Assembly (NCBI GenBank): GCA_964502525.1
Contig: CAZCXH010000005.1
Coordinates: 1 to 63,152 of the forward strand
DNA from: an uncultured Chitinophagaceae bacterium
GTDB lineage: Bacteria; Bacteroidota; Bacteroidia; Chitinophagales; CAIOSU01
Direction: 5' to 3'
DNA length: 63,152 nucleotides
Position numbers and translations under genes: made by a program. Positions 8,925 to 18,424 of the stretch are shown piece by piece. The notes under the pieces were generated by a model. The model made no database searches, was not told where the DNA came from, and saw nothing but the letters and a program-made list of their open reading frames with translations. Within the stretch, counting starts at the first letter, position 1. Each line of letters begins with the position of its first letter.

Positions 8925-9773
8925 ATGAAGAAGATAATTTTCAAAACCGCATCTGTTCTTTTTTTCGTTTTCGTTTATCAGTTTTCATTCGGGCAGCTTG
9001 ATATTCCGCGTCCCAGCCCAACGGGCAAAGTGACACAGGCGGTTGGCCTGAATGAAATCACCATTGAGTATTCACGCCCCAGTGTGAAGGGAAGGGTGAT
9101 CTATGGCGACCTCGTTCCTTACGGTAAATTGTGGCGCACGGGGGCGAATGCCGCCACAAAAATCACGCTGAAGGATGATGCGAAATTTGAAGGCAAGGAT
9201 GTTCCGAAAGGGGAGTATTCATTGCTCACCATCCCCATGCAAACCGAATGGACCATCATCATCAACAAAGATCCCAAAGCAGGCGTGAATGATTACGACC
9301 AAACCAAAGACCAGGCGCGCTTTACGGTAAAGCCTTCGAAAGTGGCTGAAAAGGTGGAAACTTTCACGATAGATATTTCGAATATCGAAATGACAGGCGC
9401 GACTATTGATCTGGTATGGGAAAACACCAAAGCATCCTTCAAAATGACGACCGAAGTGGACAGCAAGGTGATGAAGCAGATTGACGAAGCGATGAAAGGC
9501 GTTTCGTCAAACACCTATTACCGGGCGGCTGTTTATTATTTTGACACGGGCAAGGATTTGAACAAGGCGCTTGAATGGATTAACCTTTCTCTGAAGGATA
9601 ATGAAAAATTCTGGATGCTGCATTCGAAAGCCAAGATACAGGCGGCTTTGGGCGATTACAAAGGCGCCATCGAAACAGCCGGCAAGTCAAAGGAGGCTGC
9701 CATCAAGGAAAAGAGCGATGACTATGTGCTCCTGAACGATAAGGCGATTGTGGAGTGGAGCAAGAAGAAGTAA
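8925..9773 (+). CDS. DUF2911 domain protein with C-terminal TPR-like region
   Basis: It has a signal peptide. ITIEYSRPSVKGRVIYGDLVPYGKLWRTGANAATKITL matches the DUF2911 core as I remember it. Confidence 0.75.
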   Translation: MKKIIFKTASVLFFVFVYQFSFGQLDIPRPSPTGKVTQAVGLNEITIEYSRPSVKGRVIYGDLVPYGKLWRTGANAATKITLKDDAKFEGKDVPKGEYSLLTIPMQTEWTIIINKDPKAGVNDYDQTKDQARFTVKPSKVAEKVETFTIDISNIEMTGATIDLVWENTKASFKMTTEVDSKVMKQIDEAMKGVSSNTYYRAAVYYFDTGKDLNKALEWINLSLKDNEKFWMLHSKAKIQAALGDYKGAIETAGKSKEAAIKEKSDDYVLLNDKAIVEWSKKK

Positions 9774-9784
9774 CGATAAACTCA

Positions 9785-9819
9785 AACCTGACAGGTCTCA
9801 AAGACCTGTCAGGTTTTTT
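9785..9819. terminator. bidirectional intrinsic terminator hairpin
   Basis: Perfect 14-bp stem AACCTGACAGGTCT / AGACCTGTCAGGTT with a 3-nt loop, followed by TTTTTT. It lies between convergent genes, and the minus-strand gene's stop codon is inside the stem. Confidence 0.6.
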
Positions 9820-10064
9820 AGGTTTTTTCTCACCGCAGCCTCATCCGCATCAATCTCCAGTTTTTTGAATGGAGCTGTGAATCCTGAAACGATTCTGATT
9901 TTCGATTTCGGCAATCCGAGTTTTTCAGATAAAAATTTAATCAATCCGTCATTGGCTTTTCCGTCATGCGCTGGCGCTTTGATTTTGATGACGATTGTTC
10001 CGTCAGCCGCAAGGGAGATTTGATTCACCCTGCTGCCCGGTTTCGCTTTGATGTGAAGGAACAT
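9798..10064 (-). CDS. DUF167 (YggU/UPF0235) family protein
   Basis: 88-aa ORF. KAKPGSRVNQI...IKIKAPAHDGKANDGLIKFLSEKLG matches the YggU family pattern. Confidence 0.75.
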   Translation of the reverse strand: MFLHIKAKPGSRVNQISLAADGTIVIKIKAPAHDGKANDGLIKFLSEKLGLPKSKIRIVSGFTAPFKKLEIDADEAAVRKNLKNLTGL

Positions 10065-10065
10065 G

Positions 10066-11757
10066 CTATGCCGTTTGTTTGCTGAAGTTCTGAAACAGCC
10101 ACCCGAAAATCATCACCAGCAGGCACCCGATCAAATTGAGCCAGAGATATTCGATATTCAGGAGTTCCATCTTGTCCAGGGTATAAACCGCAGCTACAAC
10201 TATTTCTGCGATAACCGCTGCGAGAAATACCGGAGTTCCTTTCACCTGTTTGAGAAAAAATGCCGTCAGGAAAACTCCGAGAATCGTTCCGTAAAATAAA
10301 GAGCCGACAATATTCACCGCCTGAATCAGGTTTTCAAACAGCGAGGCGAGAATGGCAAACAGCATGGCAAGGAACCCGAACAGCGCGGTGAAAAATTTGG
10401 AAGCAATCACATAATGCCGGTCTGGCGCTTCGGGCTTGAAATTTCGCTTGTAGATGTCAACCACTGCGGTGGATGCAAGCGCATTCAATTCTGAAGAAGT
10501 GGATGACATGGCAGCAGAGAAAATCACCGCGAGCAGCAGCCCGATGATTCCGATGGGCATGAAGTTCATCACGAAGTAGATGAAGATGTAATCCGAATCT
10601 TTTTTCTCCAGATCAGGATTAACTGACGCGACTACTCCCTGCGCTCTTTTTCTCAACTTATTTTCTTCTTCAAGGCGGTTGTTAATCGCTTCCTGCATCT
10701 CGTGCGTCATTCGTAAATCGTCATTCGAAATTCCACTCAATATCTGTTCGCGTTTCTGTTCAAATAATCCTTTCTGCGCACGTTCTAATTCTGCAACCTC
10801 TTCGGTTTTCACTGCCCGTGCTTTCTCCAGAGCCACTTCATTGAAATAAACAGGAGGAGCGTTCAGTTGAAAAAACACAAACACCATCACGCCCGTCAGC
10901 AGAATCACAAATTGCATTGGTATTTTCAGTAATCCGTTGAAAAGCAGCCCGATCCTGCTTTCGCGCACGGACTGTCCGCCAAGATAGCGCGCCACCTGCG
11001 ATTGGTCGGTGCCGAAATAGGCAAGCTGCAGAAACAATCCTCCCAGCAAACCCGACCACACGTTGTAGCGGTTGCCCAAATCAAAGTTCCAGTCAATGAT
11101 ATTCATCTTGCCCATTTTGCCCGCCACCTGTATTGCCTGCTTGAATGAAATTTGCCCTGATAATTTCCACACCACAATTCCAAACGCAATGAACAACCCG
11201 CCCATCATCACCGCCATTTGCTGCTTGTGGGTTTCATTCACTGCTTTTGTGCCGCCTATCACGGTGTAAAAAATCACCAGCAGGCTGATGAACGCAATGG
11301 TGAAATTCAGCGACCACTGGAGAATTTGCGACAGGATGATTGCAGGCGCATAGATCGTGATGCCCGCTGCCAATCCGCGCTGCAGCAAAAACAAACACGC
11401 GGTGAGGATCCGTGTTTTTCGGTCAAAACGTGATTCCAAAAATTCATAAGCCGTGTAAACTTTCAGCTTGTAAAACAGCGGTATGAACACCGCGCAGATA
11501 ATCACCATGGCGAGCGGCAGTCCGAAATAAAACTGGATGAAGCGCATGCCGTCTTCATAAGCCTGCCCGGGCGTGGAAAGGAAGGTGATGGCGCTTGCCT
11601 GCGTTGCCATCACCGACACGCACACCACCCACCACTTCGATTGGTGATCGCCCAGCAGATAACTTTTGATATTCCCGCTGCCCTTTGTTTTCCACGCTCC
11701 GTAAAAAGCGATGAACAAAAGCGTACCGAGCATTACTGTCCAGTCAATCCAGCTCAT
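10066..11757 (-). CDS. sodium:solute symporter family transporter
   Basis: 563-aa polytopic membrane protein with SSF-like N-terminal helices and a long cytoplasmic coiled insertion. The assignment comes from overall composition and motifs. Confidence 0.8.
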   Translation of the reverse strand: MSWIDWTVMLGTLLFIAFYGAWKTKGSGNIKSYLLGDHQSKWWVVCVSVMATQASAITFLSTPGQAYEDGMRFIQFYFGLPLAMVIICAVFIPLFYKLKVYTAYEFLESRFDRKTRILTACLFLLQRGLAAGITIYAPAIILSQILQWSLNFTIAFISLLVIFYTVIGGTKAVNETHKQQMAVMMGGLFIAFGIVVWKLSGQISFKQAIQVAGKMGKMNIIDWNFDLGNRYNVWSGLLGGLFLQLAYFGTDQSQVARYLGGQSVRESRIGLLFNGLLKIPMQFVILLTGVMVFVFFQLNAPPVYFNEVALEKARAVKTEEVAELERAQKGLFEQKREQILSGISNDDLRMTHEMQEAINNRLEEENKLRKRAQGVVASVNPDLEKKDSDYIFIYFVMNFMPIGIIGLLLAVIFSAAMSSTSSELNALASTAVVDIYKRNFKPEAPDRHYVIASKFFTALFGFLAMLFAILASLFENLIQAVNIVGSLFYGTILGVFLTAFFLKQVKGTPVFLAAVIAEIVVAAVYTLDKMELLNIEYLWLNLIGCLLVMIFGWLFQNFSKQTA

Positions 11758-11881
11758 CCCAGCAACTCTGTGATAATGGAGTAAAGAATAATTTGCAACA
11801 GGAGGAATGCGATTACCGCTATGTAGATGCGGCTCCAGGAATGGAGAAGGGGCGGCTTGTCGCTATATCGGTCCACTCCGT

Positions 11882-12217
11882 CTAATTTTTAAGCAAAGTC
11901 TCAATCTCATCTTTCAAGACGGGAATATCCTTCACAATTATTTTCCAGACGATGGCATTATTCACGGCATCATAAGCGTGAACGACTTTGTTGCGGGTGT
12001 CTATAATTTGCCGGACGTATGAAATATTTATATCCGGTTGAGTCTTGATTATCTTCCCGATTGCCTCGCCAATAATGGACAGTTCTCTTTCCACTGCTCT
12101 GCGGGTGGTATAGTCACGGAGGTATTCGTTGTAATCTCTTTTGCCTTTCAGATGAATATCTATTCCGTTGATGGCGCCTGCGACATCGTGCAGCAGTTTT
12201 TTCACCTCATCATCCAT
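11882..12217 (-). CDS. hepT: HepT-like HEPN ribonuclease toxin (DUF86)
   Basis: It carries the Rx4-6H motif (RNKVVHAY). The ATG at 12217 overlaps the upstream nucleotidyltransferase stop by 8 nt, and the longer track ORF is an over-extension. Confidence 0.8.
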   Translation of the reverse strand: MDDEVKKLLHDVAGAINGIDIHLKGKRDYNEYLRDYTTRRAVERELSIIGEAIGKIIKTQPDINISYVRQIIDTRNKVVHAYDAVNNAIVWKIIVKDIPVLKDEIETLLKN

Positions 12218-12515
12218 AGATGAGCGTCTTGGTTTTTTCAATAACCTTAATAAAATAAGGATTGACAATGGTTTCCTCAGCAACCAGGTCAACTTCCCTG
12301 TTCAGCAATTTTTGTAATTCATACATCGCCTTAAAATAGTGCTCTCCGTATTCGATGGGATCAATTCCTTCTTCCATTTTAATGATTAAATCCACATCAC
12401 TTTCATCATTGAAATCATCGGTGCAAACAGAGCCGAATGCGTATGCCTTGGTTATCCTGTGTGATTTAAGGATCCGGGTAAGTTCTTCAAGGTTATTTTT
12501 TAAAATTGCCTGCAT
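12210..12515 (-). CDS. mntA: MntA-type minimal nucleotidyltransferase antitoxin
   Basis: 101-aa ORF with GS...D.D nucleotidyltransferase motifs (AFGSVCTDDFNDESDVDLII). It is translationally coupled to hepT. Confidence 0.8.
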   Translation of the reverse strand: MQAILKNNLEELTRILKSHRITKAYAFGSVCTDDFNDESDVDLIIKMEEGIDPIEYGEHYFKAMYELQKLLNREVDLVAEETIVNPYFIKVIEKTKTLIYG

Positions 12516-12533
12516 GATGCAAAAATAGCAATA

Positions 12534-15041
12534 TCACTTTTGCGCACTTTCATACCCAACCATATTCGCCATCAACCTGTATGCTCCCGGAACACCGGCA
12601 GGCAGTTGTCTGAAAAAAGAAATTCCTGTGTACATGAAAGTTCCCTTGCCATAGCTTGAAAGCAGCAGGCTTCCTTTTAATGCGTCTTCTCCCGGATCAG
12701 CACAGGAAAACAAAGGAGCATAGTTGCTGTCCCATTCGCTGGCGAAATACAAGCCGCGTTCCTGAACCCAGCCTTGAAAATCTTTTTCCGTGATTTTGTT
12801 GGGATAATTGAAAACCGGATTCTTCGCATCAATCATCGTCATGGGCGCTTCTTCCACCGTCACCCTGCCGCGTCCGATTTTGAAGGGATACGGACCAAAA
12901 TCATTCGTGAGCAAGCCCGCTGTGGTTTGATATTGAACGATGACGTTGCCGCCATTCTTCACATAATTCATCAGGTTTTCCTTTTGATACGGCAGCCATT
13001 TCTCGGTGTTGTAAGCGCGAATCCCGATGAGAACCGCATTAAACTGTGAGAGATTGACCGATGAAAATTTTTCTTTCGAAAGATAAGTGACGTTGTATCC
13101 TGCCTGCTGCAATCCATCGCCCACTTCATCTCCCGCGCCTTTGATGTAAGCGATGTTCGTTCCGTCTTTTTTTAAATCAAGCTTGACGACTTTGATTTTA
13201 GCCACAGGAAACAGAACCTGATAAGGAATATGATCGTAGGCAATTTCGATGTAGTCACGGCCGAAATATTCAATATCGTAACGCGCTTCGGTAATGGGTT
13301 TGAATGTTGGACGCAATTCGAATTCGAGATTTCCCGCAGCAGGCGTCAGCAGGAATTTCACTTCATGCTCATCGCCTTTCCTGGCAAGATTCACAAGAAC
13401 GCTGGCAGGCTCTGACTTCCATCCGTCCGGCAAATTGATGAAAGCAACATCCCCGGTAATGCTGTCTTTCCATGCTTTCACGGTGACGGTAATTTCCTTT
13501 GGCTTGTCATCAGAAAATACCAGAACGGACTGCTGCGGATGAATGGTTCTGTCGGGTGAAACAACAAACGGGCGGTAAATCTCGCCTTTGACCCTGTCCG
13601 TCCATTTGTATTCTACGGGGCGGCAATGCCGTATTGCAACTCCATTAACAACTAAATCAAAGCAAGCCTCCAATGGCGGGAAGTTTTCCGGCAATGCGCG
13701 CATCTTTTCATCCGCTACCGGATACATTCCCGGAGTCTTCTGTTCCCGCGACAACCAATAAGGCAGGCTGACTTCACCCGAAATCAGTCTTAGAGAATCC
13801 GTCAAAATCTCCGGCTTGTTGAATTGCAACATTTTGTTCTGCGTATTGGAGGATCCGCTCGAATAGCTCACTGCATTCAATTTTACATCAGCGGGCGAAC
13901 GGTTGATGGCAACCGTTTTGACGATGACATCCGATGTGGAAGAAAAATCCGAAGCAGCGCTTTCCAGAAACAATCCGCACACCGCATAAATCACCTGCTC
14001 CAATTCTTCTTTTTTGTTTTCGCTCCAGAAATCTTTTTTCTCTTTCAGCAACTGATAAGCCTCAAGAAGATGGGGAAGAATTTTCATTCTATCCTTCGCA
14101 TCAAATTCATCGTAAGCGCGTTTCAGCAGTTGCGAAATTTTCCCGCTTCCGCTCACGCGATTCCATGTGCAGTCAATATCTTCAAACAAATTTTTCTTCG
14201 CCTGCGCGCCTTTCACAAATTCGAGATATTCAATTTCGCTTCCCCTGTTTTCCGCTGCGCCAAAACCCTGGCTCTTGTGCATGGAGCGGCTGCGCGCGGC
14301 AATCTCAGTCACCGACTCTCCCAGTTCGGAAATATAGGCTCCCACATCAATCATGATTTTACCGGTGGTATCAAGCTTTGTTTTTGATTGCTGATAATAC
14401 CACGTGGAAGTGTTCCAATACAACCGTTTCGCCTGCCACGCTTCGACAGCTTTTAGCTGTTCGGGAAAAATTTTCGGATCAGCGGCCATGTCGAATGCCT
14501 TTTCTGCGAGATAAGCAGATGCGGAGTGATGTCCGTGCGTGTCGTAATTATATTTCAGGGGAGGGAAACGGGTGAGGATCACATCGGGCTTGAGCTTCCG
14601 GATCACATAAACCATGTCCTTCAGCACTTCATTCTCATCCCATTTCTGCAGTGTCTCCGAATATGTTTTTGAATATCCGAAATCGTTGGCGCTGGAGAAA
14701 AACTGCCGTCCTCCGTCAATCCTTCTTGCCGCAAGCAATTCCTGCGTACGAATCAGCCCCAGCAATGCGCCCTGCTCGGTTCCTATCAAATTTTGCCCGC
14801 CATCACCGCGTGTCAGCGACATATAAGCGACATCAAGATTTTCTTTTTGCGCGAAGTAAGTGATCATGCGTGTATTCTCGTCATCGGGATGCGCTGCAAT
14901 GTAGAGAACGCTTCCGAGCGTGTTCAGCTTTTTCAGCATCAGCAGGATCTCGCCCGTGTTGTAGTTGCGGGGTTGGGAGTGAGACGGCAGATAAGAGATG
15001 TTGAGAATCAGAAGGAAGAAAAGCAAGAGATGGCGCATCAT
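12534..15041 (-). CDS. PIG-L/LmbE-family deacetylase with large C-terminal extension
   Basis: 835-aa ORF with a signal peptide and the LmbE signature AAHPDDEN. The C-terminal third resembles a ThuA/class-I amidotransferase-like fold, and that part is a low-certainty call. Confidence 0.75.
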   Translation of the reverse strand: MMRHLLLFFLLILNISYLPSHSQPRNYNTGEILLMLKKLNTLGSVLYIAAHPDDENTRMITYFAQKENLDVAYMSLTRGDGGQNLIGTEQGALLGLIRTQELLAARRIDGGRQFFSSANDFGYSKTYSETLQKWDENEVLKDMVYVIRKLKPDVILTRFPPLKYNYDTHGHHSASAYLAEKAFDMAADPKIFPEQLKAVEAWQAKRLYWNTSTWYYQQSKTKLDTTGKIMIDVGAYISELGESVTEIAARSRSMHKSQGFGAAENRGSEIEYLEFVKGAQAKKNLFEDIDCTWNRVSGSGKISQLLKRAYDEFDAKDRMKILPHLLEAYQLLKEKKDFWSENKKEELEQVIYAVCGLFLESAASDFSSTSDVIVKTVAINRSPADVKLNAVSYSSGSSNTQNKMLQFNKPEILTDSLRLISGEVSLPYWLSREQKTPGMYPVADEKMRALPENFPPLEACFDLVVNGVAIRHCRPVEYKWTDRVKGEIYRPFVVSPDRTIHPQQSVLVFSDDKPKEITVTVKAWKDSITGDVAFINLPDGWKSEPASVLVNLARKGDEHEVKFLLTPAAGNLEFELRPTFKPITEARYDIEYFGRDYIEIAYDHIPYQVLFPVAKIKVVKLDLKKDGTNIAYIKGAGDEVGDGLQQAGYNVTYLSKEKFSSVNLSQFNAVLIGIRAYNTEKWLPYQKENLMNYVKNGGNVIVQYQTTAGLLTNDFGPYPFKIGRGRVTVEEAPMTMIDAKNPVFNYPNKITEKDFQGWVQERGLYFASEWDSNYAPLFSCADPGEDALKGSLLLSSYGKGTFMYTGISFFRQLPAGVPGAYRLMANMVGYESAQK

Positions 15042-15099
15042 GTGTGTCTTTTTGGAAGCCGCAAATTAAAGGATTTTGGGACGCATCCTTTACCCGGAA

Positions 15100-16635
15100 T
15101 CAGGATGTCAACTTTCTCGCAAAACGATTGCCTGCCCAAAAGATGAAACAGACCGGATAGAAATAAAGAAAAAATTCGGTGGGATAAATATATCTCGGAA
15201 CGGGAGTGACGGTTAAAGAAAGAAGTATATAATTCATCAGCACCGTCACAAAGAACAACTGAATCGCCAGCAGATGATGGTCATGAATTTTCAGGATAAT
15301 CAGTGATGCAGAAACAAAAAAAGTCAGCCAGAAAAAAATAACCCAAGCGTAGTTATAGAACAGTTTGTTGTAAACAACCTGATAGTAGTGATTGAGTTTG
15401 ATTCCAATTTTTTCATTGGGGAAATTGCTCATGTAGTCTTCGGAGGTGACGATGCCGGTTTTTGTCAGTTTTGTTTTCTGCAAAATCTGATCTGCGTACT
15501 CATGAAAAATCAGGCGGAATGTGTCTTCCGAATCTTTAAAGAAGGTGAAATGGTCGCCCACTTCGATGGCAGATTTGCGCCTGTTCAGATCGTTATAGTA
15601 AAAGAAATAATCGCTTCCCGTGACTTTGAAATAATTGATGAAATTGACGGCAACGAACTTGCAATACGGGACAAAATTTTTCATCCGTGAATTTTTTGCC
15701 AGCGCTTTCAGTTCATCCGGATTGGTCTGATAGACATCCCAAAAAAGAAAGAACTTGTTGTAGTTTTCAAGGGTAAATATTTCAGTCAGCTTTGAATAAG
15801 AGTATGAATTCCTGATGGTTTCCTTCTCGTCATGAGTGAAGGTATGGTTGACAGAATCAATTACCGCCTGCGTTTGCGGAGAATATCCGCCTGACTCGTC
15901 TAAGAAAAAAATGGCGCTGCCGATATTCGGAAGAACCTGAAACTTGCTGAAAGAGAAAGACCCGAAAGTCAATTTGTTATAGCCGAGAAACAGGATGACC
16001 GATACTGTCAATGGCGCGAACAGCGCAAGGTTCTGCTTGTGATTTCTTCGGAGAATATTGTAAAGAAATACAATTCCAAAAACGGGTATCAGAAAGAAAG
16101 CCTGTGGCCGCAGCAGAACTGCAACCGTGTAAAGCGCTGACAGTATCAGATAATGAGAAGCCCTATTGGAGGAGAAGGCAATGAACAGAAAGAAGACAAC
16201 CAATAAAATAACCCAGGTGAAAAGTCCTGTTGGGTTGATATAAGTTTCGAAGAACAAACATTTTCCGGATGAATAAAAAATCAGCGCTGTGAAAAGGAAC
16301 GGCCAATTCAAAAAAGAAAGACGTTTGTTGATCAGATATTGGGCGCAAATCAGAGTCGCCAGGCTGATGAGCGATTGAGCCATGAATATCCGGGAAGTGC
16401 TCAGATGCGCCATCTCCGCTCCAAACAGGAACAAAGGATAAGCAGGAGTGCGCTGATCAAAAACCGGCAGAGAGCCTTTAAGAAGGGCAATTACCGGATA
16501 GTAATAGCCGAATGTGTCCCTGCAAAATCCGGGAATATCATAGTGTAAAAAATAAGTGAGCTTAGTGACGAGAAAGCAAATGATGTACAGCAGAACGCTG
16601 AATAAAAAGAAATTACTTTTTATCCATGCTTTCAT
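15100..16635 (-). CDS. polytopic membrane protein, possibly a GT-C-fold glycosyltransferase
   Basis: 511-aa ORF with about 9 N-terminal TM helices, a ~200-aa soluble insert and C-terminal TM helices. This is an ArnT/PMT-like layout. The gene is visibly AT-rich compared with its neighbours. Confidence 0.45.
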   Translation of the reverse strand: MKAWIKSNFFLFSVLLYIICFLVTKLTYFLHYDIPGFCRDTFGYYYPVIALLKGSLPVFDQRTPAYPLFLFGAEMAHLSTSRIFMAQSLISLATLICAQYLINKRLSFLNWPFLFTALIFYSSGKCLFFETYINPTGLFTWVILLVVFFLFIAFSSNRASHYLILSALYTVAVLLRPQAFFLIPVFGIVFLYNILRRNHKQNLALFAPLTVSVILFLGYNKLTFGSFSFSKFQVLPNIGSAIFFLDESGGYSPQTQAVIDSVNHTFTHDEKETIRNSYSYSKLTEIFTLENYNKFFLFWDVYQTNPDELKALAKNSRMKNFVPYCKFVAVNFINYFKVTGSDYFFYYNDLNRRKSAIEVGDHFTFFKDSEDTFRLIFHEYADQILQKTKLTKTGIVTSEDYMSNFPNEKIGIKLNHYYQVVYNKLFYNYAWVIFFWLTFFVSASLIILKIHDHHLLAIQLFFVTVLMNYILLSLTVTPVPRYIYPTEFFLYFYPVCFIFWAGNRFARKLTS

Positions 16636-16638
16636 TCA

Positions 16639-18126
16639 TCAGTCTTTAGTGATTGGGTGCGGAACCTTTCTTCCGGCTTCAAACGAATCCTGACCTGCAA
16701 TGCCTGATTCATGGTATTCAGCGTCCTCGTTCACATTCCAGACATCGTATAACTGTTTTCCCGCAATAATATTTTTTGCCGCAAGCATGGCGGTCATCAT
16801 GGAGTGATCCTGGTTGTTGTACTTATGCATTCCGTTTCTTCCGGTAAGATATAATCCTTTGTAGGGCTTGATTCCCTCTTTGATTGAATTGACATGCTCC
16901 TTATAGAGGTCATCATAAACGGGATATGCTTTTTTCTGCCGCACCACGCAGCCATCAACAACATCCGCAGCTTTTGCAAGTCCAATCTTCTCGATCTCTG
17001 TCTTGGCTAATTGGATTAAATCAACATCCTTGCCCGTCCACAAACCGTCTCCCTCGAAGCAGAAATATTCCAACCCGTAGCAGCAGAATTTTTCATCAGG
17101 TATCATTTCAGGCGACCATGATTTGAAATTCTGAATCCTGCCGACTTTCACCTGCGGGTCATGGATGTAAATCCAGTTGTCGTCAAACACCTTTTTGTCT
17201 TCGAGGATCAGCATCACCGTCAGAAAATCGCGGTAACGCAGGCTGTTTGCGGCTTTTATCGCTTCCGGGGGCAAACCGGGCGTAATGCCGCTGACGAGTT
17301 CCCGCATAGGCATGGTAGAGATCACCGCATCAAATTCATTCTGCGCTGCAATTCCATTTTGCTGCGTTGCAATCGCCCATCGCGCTGTGTCAGGAAAATA
17401 TCGAATTCCGTTAACCTTTGTTCCCATTAACACCCTGCCGCCTTTTGCCCTCACTTTTTCCGCGCACACTTCCCACATCATGCCTGGACCTTTGCGGGGA
17501 TACCGGAATGAATCTATCAGCGTTTTGATGACTTTTGATGAATCGTCAGGCTTGTTCGAGCCGCTGAACAACGCATTATAAATTGCGGTAATCAGCGAAA
17601 GTCCTTTGATCCTTTGCGCAGCCCAGTCTGCTGAAATTTCGCTGCAGTCCATTCCCCAAACCTTTTCGGTATAGGTCTTGAAAAAAATCCGGAACAGCCT
17701 TTTGCCAAACTGATTGCTCACCCAATCTTCAAAATTTTTCGGATTCTTCACCGGGAAAAGCTTTGCCTTTAAATAAGACAACATGCAGAGCGAAGCTTCG
17801 ATAATGCCAAGGTTGCCCAGCGCCTCAAACGCTTTCAGCGGGTAAGAGTAAAATTTACCTCCATAAAAAATCCTCGACTTGCGCGGGCGGATAATAAGAT
17901 CATCGCCCAGAATCTCCGTCCAGAAATCTTCCACTTCTTTTGATTTTGAAAAAAAGCGGTGACCGCCAATGTCGAAGTGATAACCCTTGTATTTTTCAGT
18001 GCGCGAGATGCCACCGACATAAACGGGATGCTCTTCAAAGACGGTGACGTCAACGTTTTCTTTAACCAGCAAATAAGCCGCAGTCAAGCCGGCAGGACCT
18101 GCGCCTATGATGGCAACCTTCTTCAT
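16639..18126 (-). CDS. NAD(P)/FAD-dependent oxidoreductase (amine-oxidase / UDP-galactopyranose-mutase-like fold)
   Basis: It has an N-terminal dinucleotide-binding motif, [19 protein letters not shown]. It ends 3 nt before the downstream membrane-protein gene. Confidence 0.75.
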   Translation of the reverse strand: MKKVAIIGAGPAGLTAAYLLVKENVDVTVFEEHPVYVGGISRTEKYKGYHFDIGGHRFFSKSKEVEDFWTEILGDDLIIRPRKSRIFYGGKFYSYPLKAFEALGNLGIIEASLCMLSYLKAKLFPVKNPKNFEDWVSNQFGKRLFRIFFKTYTEKVWGMDCSEISADWAAQRIKGLSLITAIYNALFSGSNKPDDSSKVIKTLIDSFRYPRKGPGMMWEVCAEKVRAKGGRVLMGTKVNGIRYFPDTARWAIATQQNGIAAQNEFDAVISTMPMRELVSGITPGLPPEAIKAANSLRYRDFLTVMLILEDKKVFDDNWIYIHDPQVKVGRIQNFKSWSPEMIPDEKFCCYGLEYFCFEGDGLWTGKDVDLIQLAKTEIEKIGLAKAADVVDGCVVRQKKAYPVYDDLYKEHVNSIKEGIKPYKGLYLTGRNGMHKYNNQDHSMMTAMLAAKNIIAGKQLYDVWNVNEDAEYHESGIAGQDSFEAGRKVPHPITKD

Positions 18127-18345
18127 TTATTTTTGGGGAACTGAATTGAAAGTAAACGCAAATTTACCCAAAGCAGAAAGAATTATAGAAGATTGGCAAA
18201 TGCAGGAACCAGCGGATTAAAGGGAAAATCTCCGGGCAAGTAAGAGCACTAATTCGTAATCCTAAAGGTAATATCCGGGATTTTGCGGGTACGGAGCTGT
18301 TTTGGAATGGACATAGGTTGGCGATTTTTGGGTTATGAAATAACC

Positions 18346-18388
18346 CTCAGGGGAGCAGTGCGCTCAGGGGAGAATAAAACTCAGGGGA
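18346..18388 (+). repeat. three CTCAGGGGA direct repeats with exact 17-bp spacing
   Basis: CTCAGGGGA occurs at 18346, 18363 and 18380, in the spacer downstream of the ATPase gene. Confidence 0.6.
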
Positions 18389-18424
18389 AGAAAGTGATGA
18401 TGTAACGAGGCGGTCTGGCGGTTA

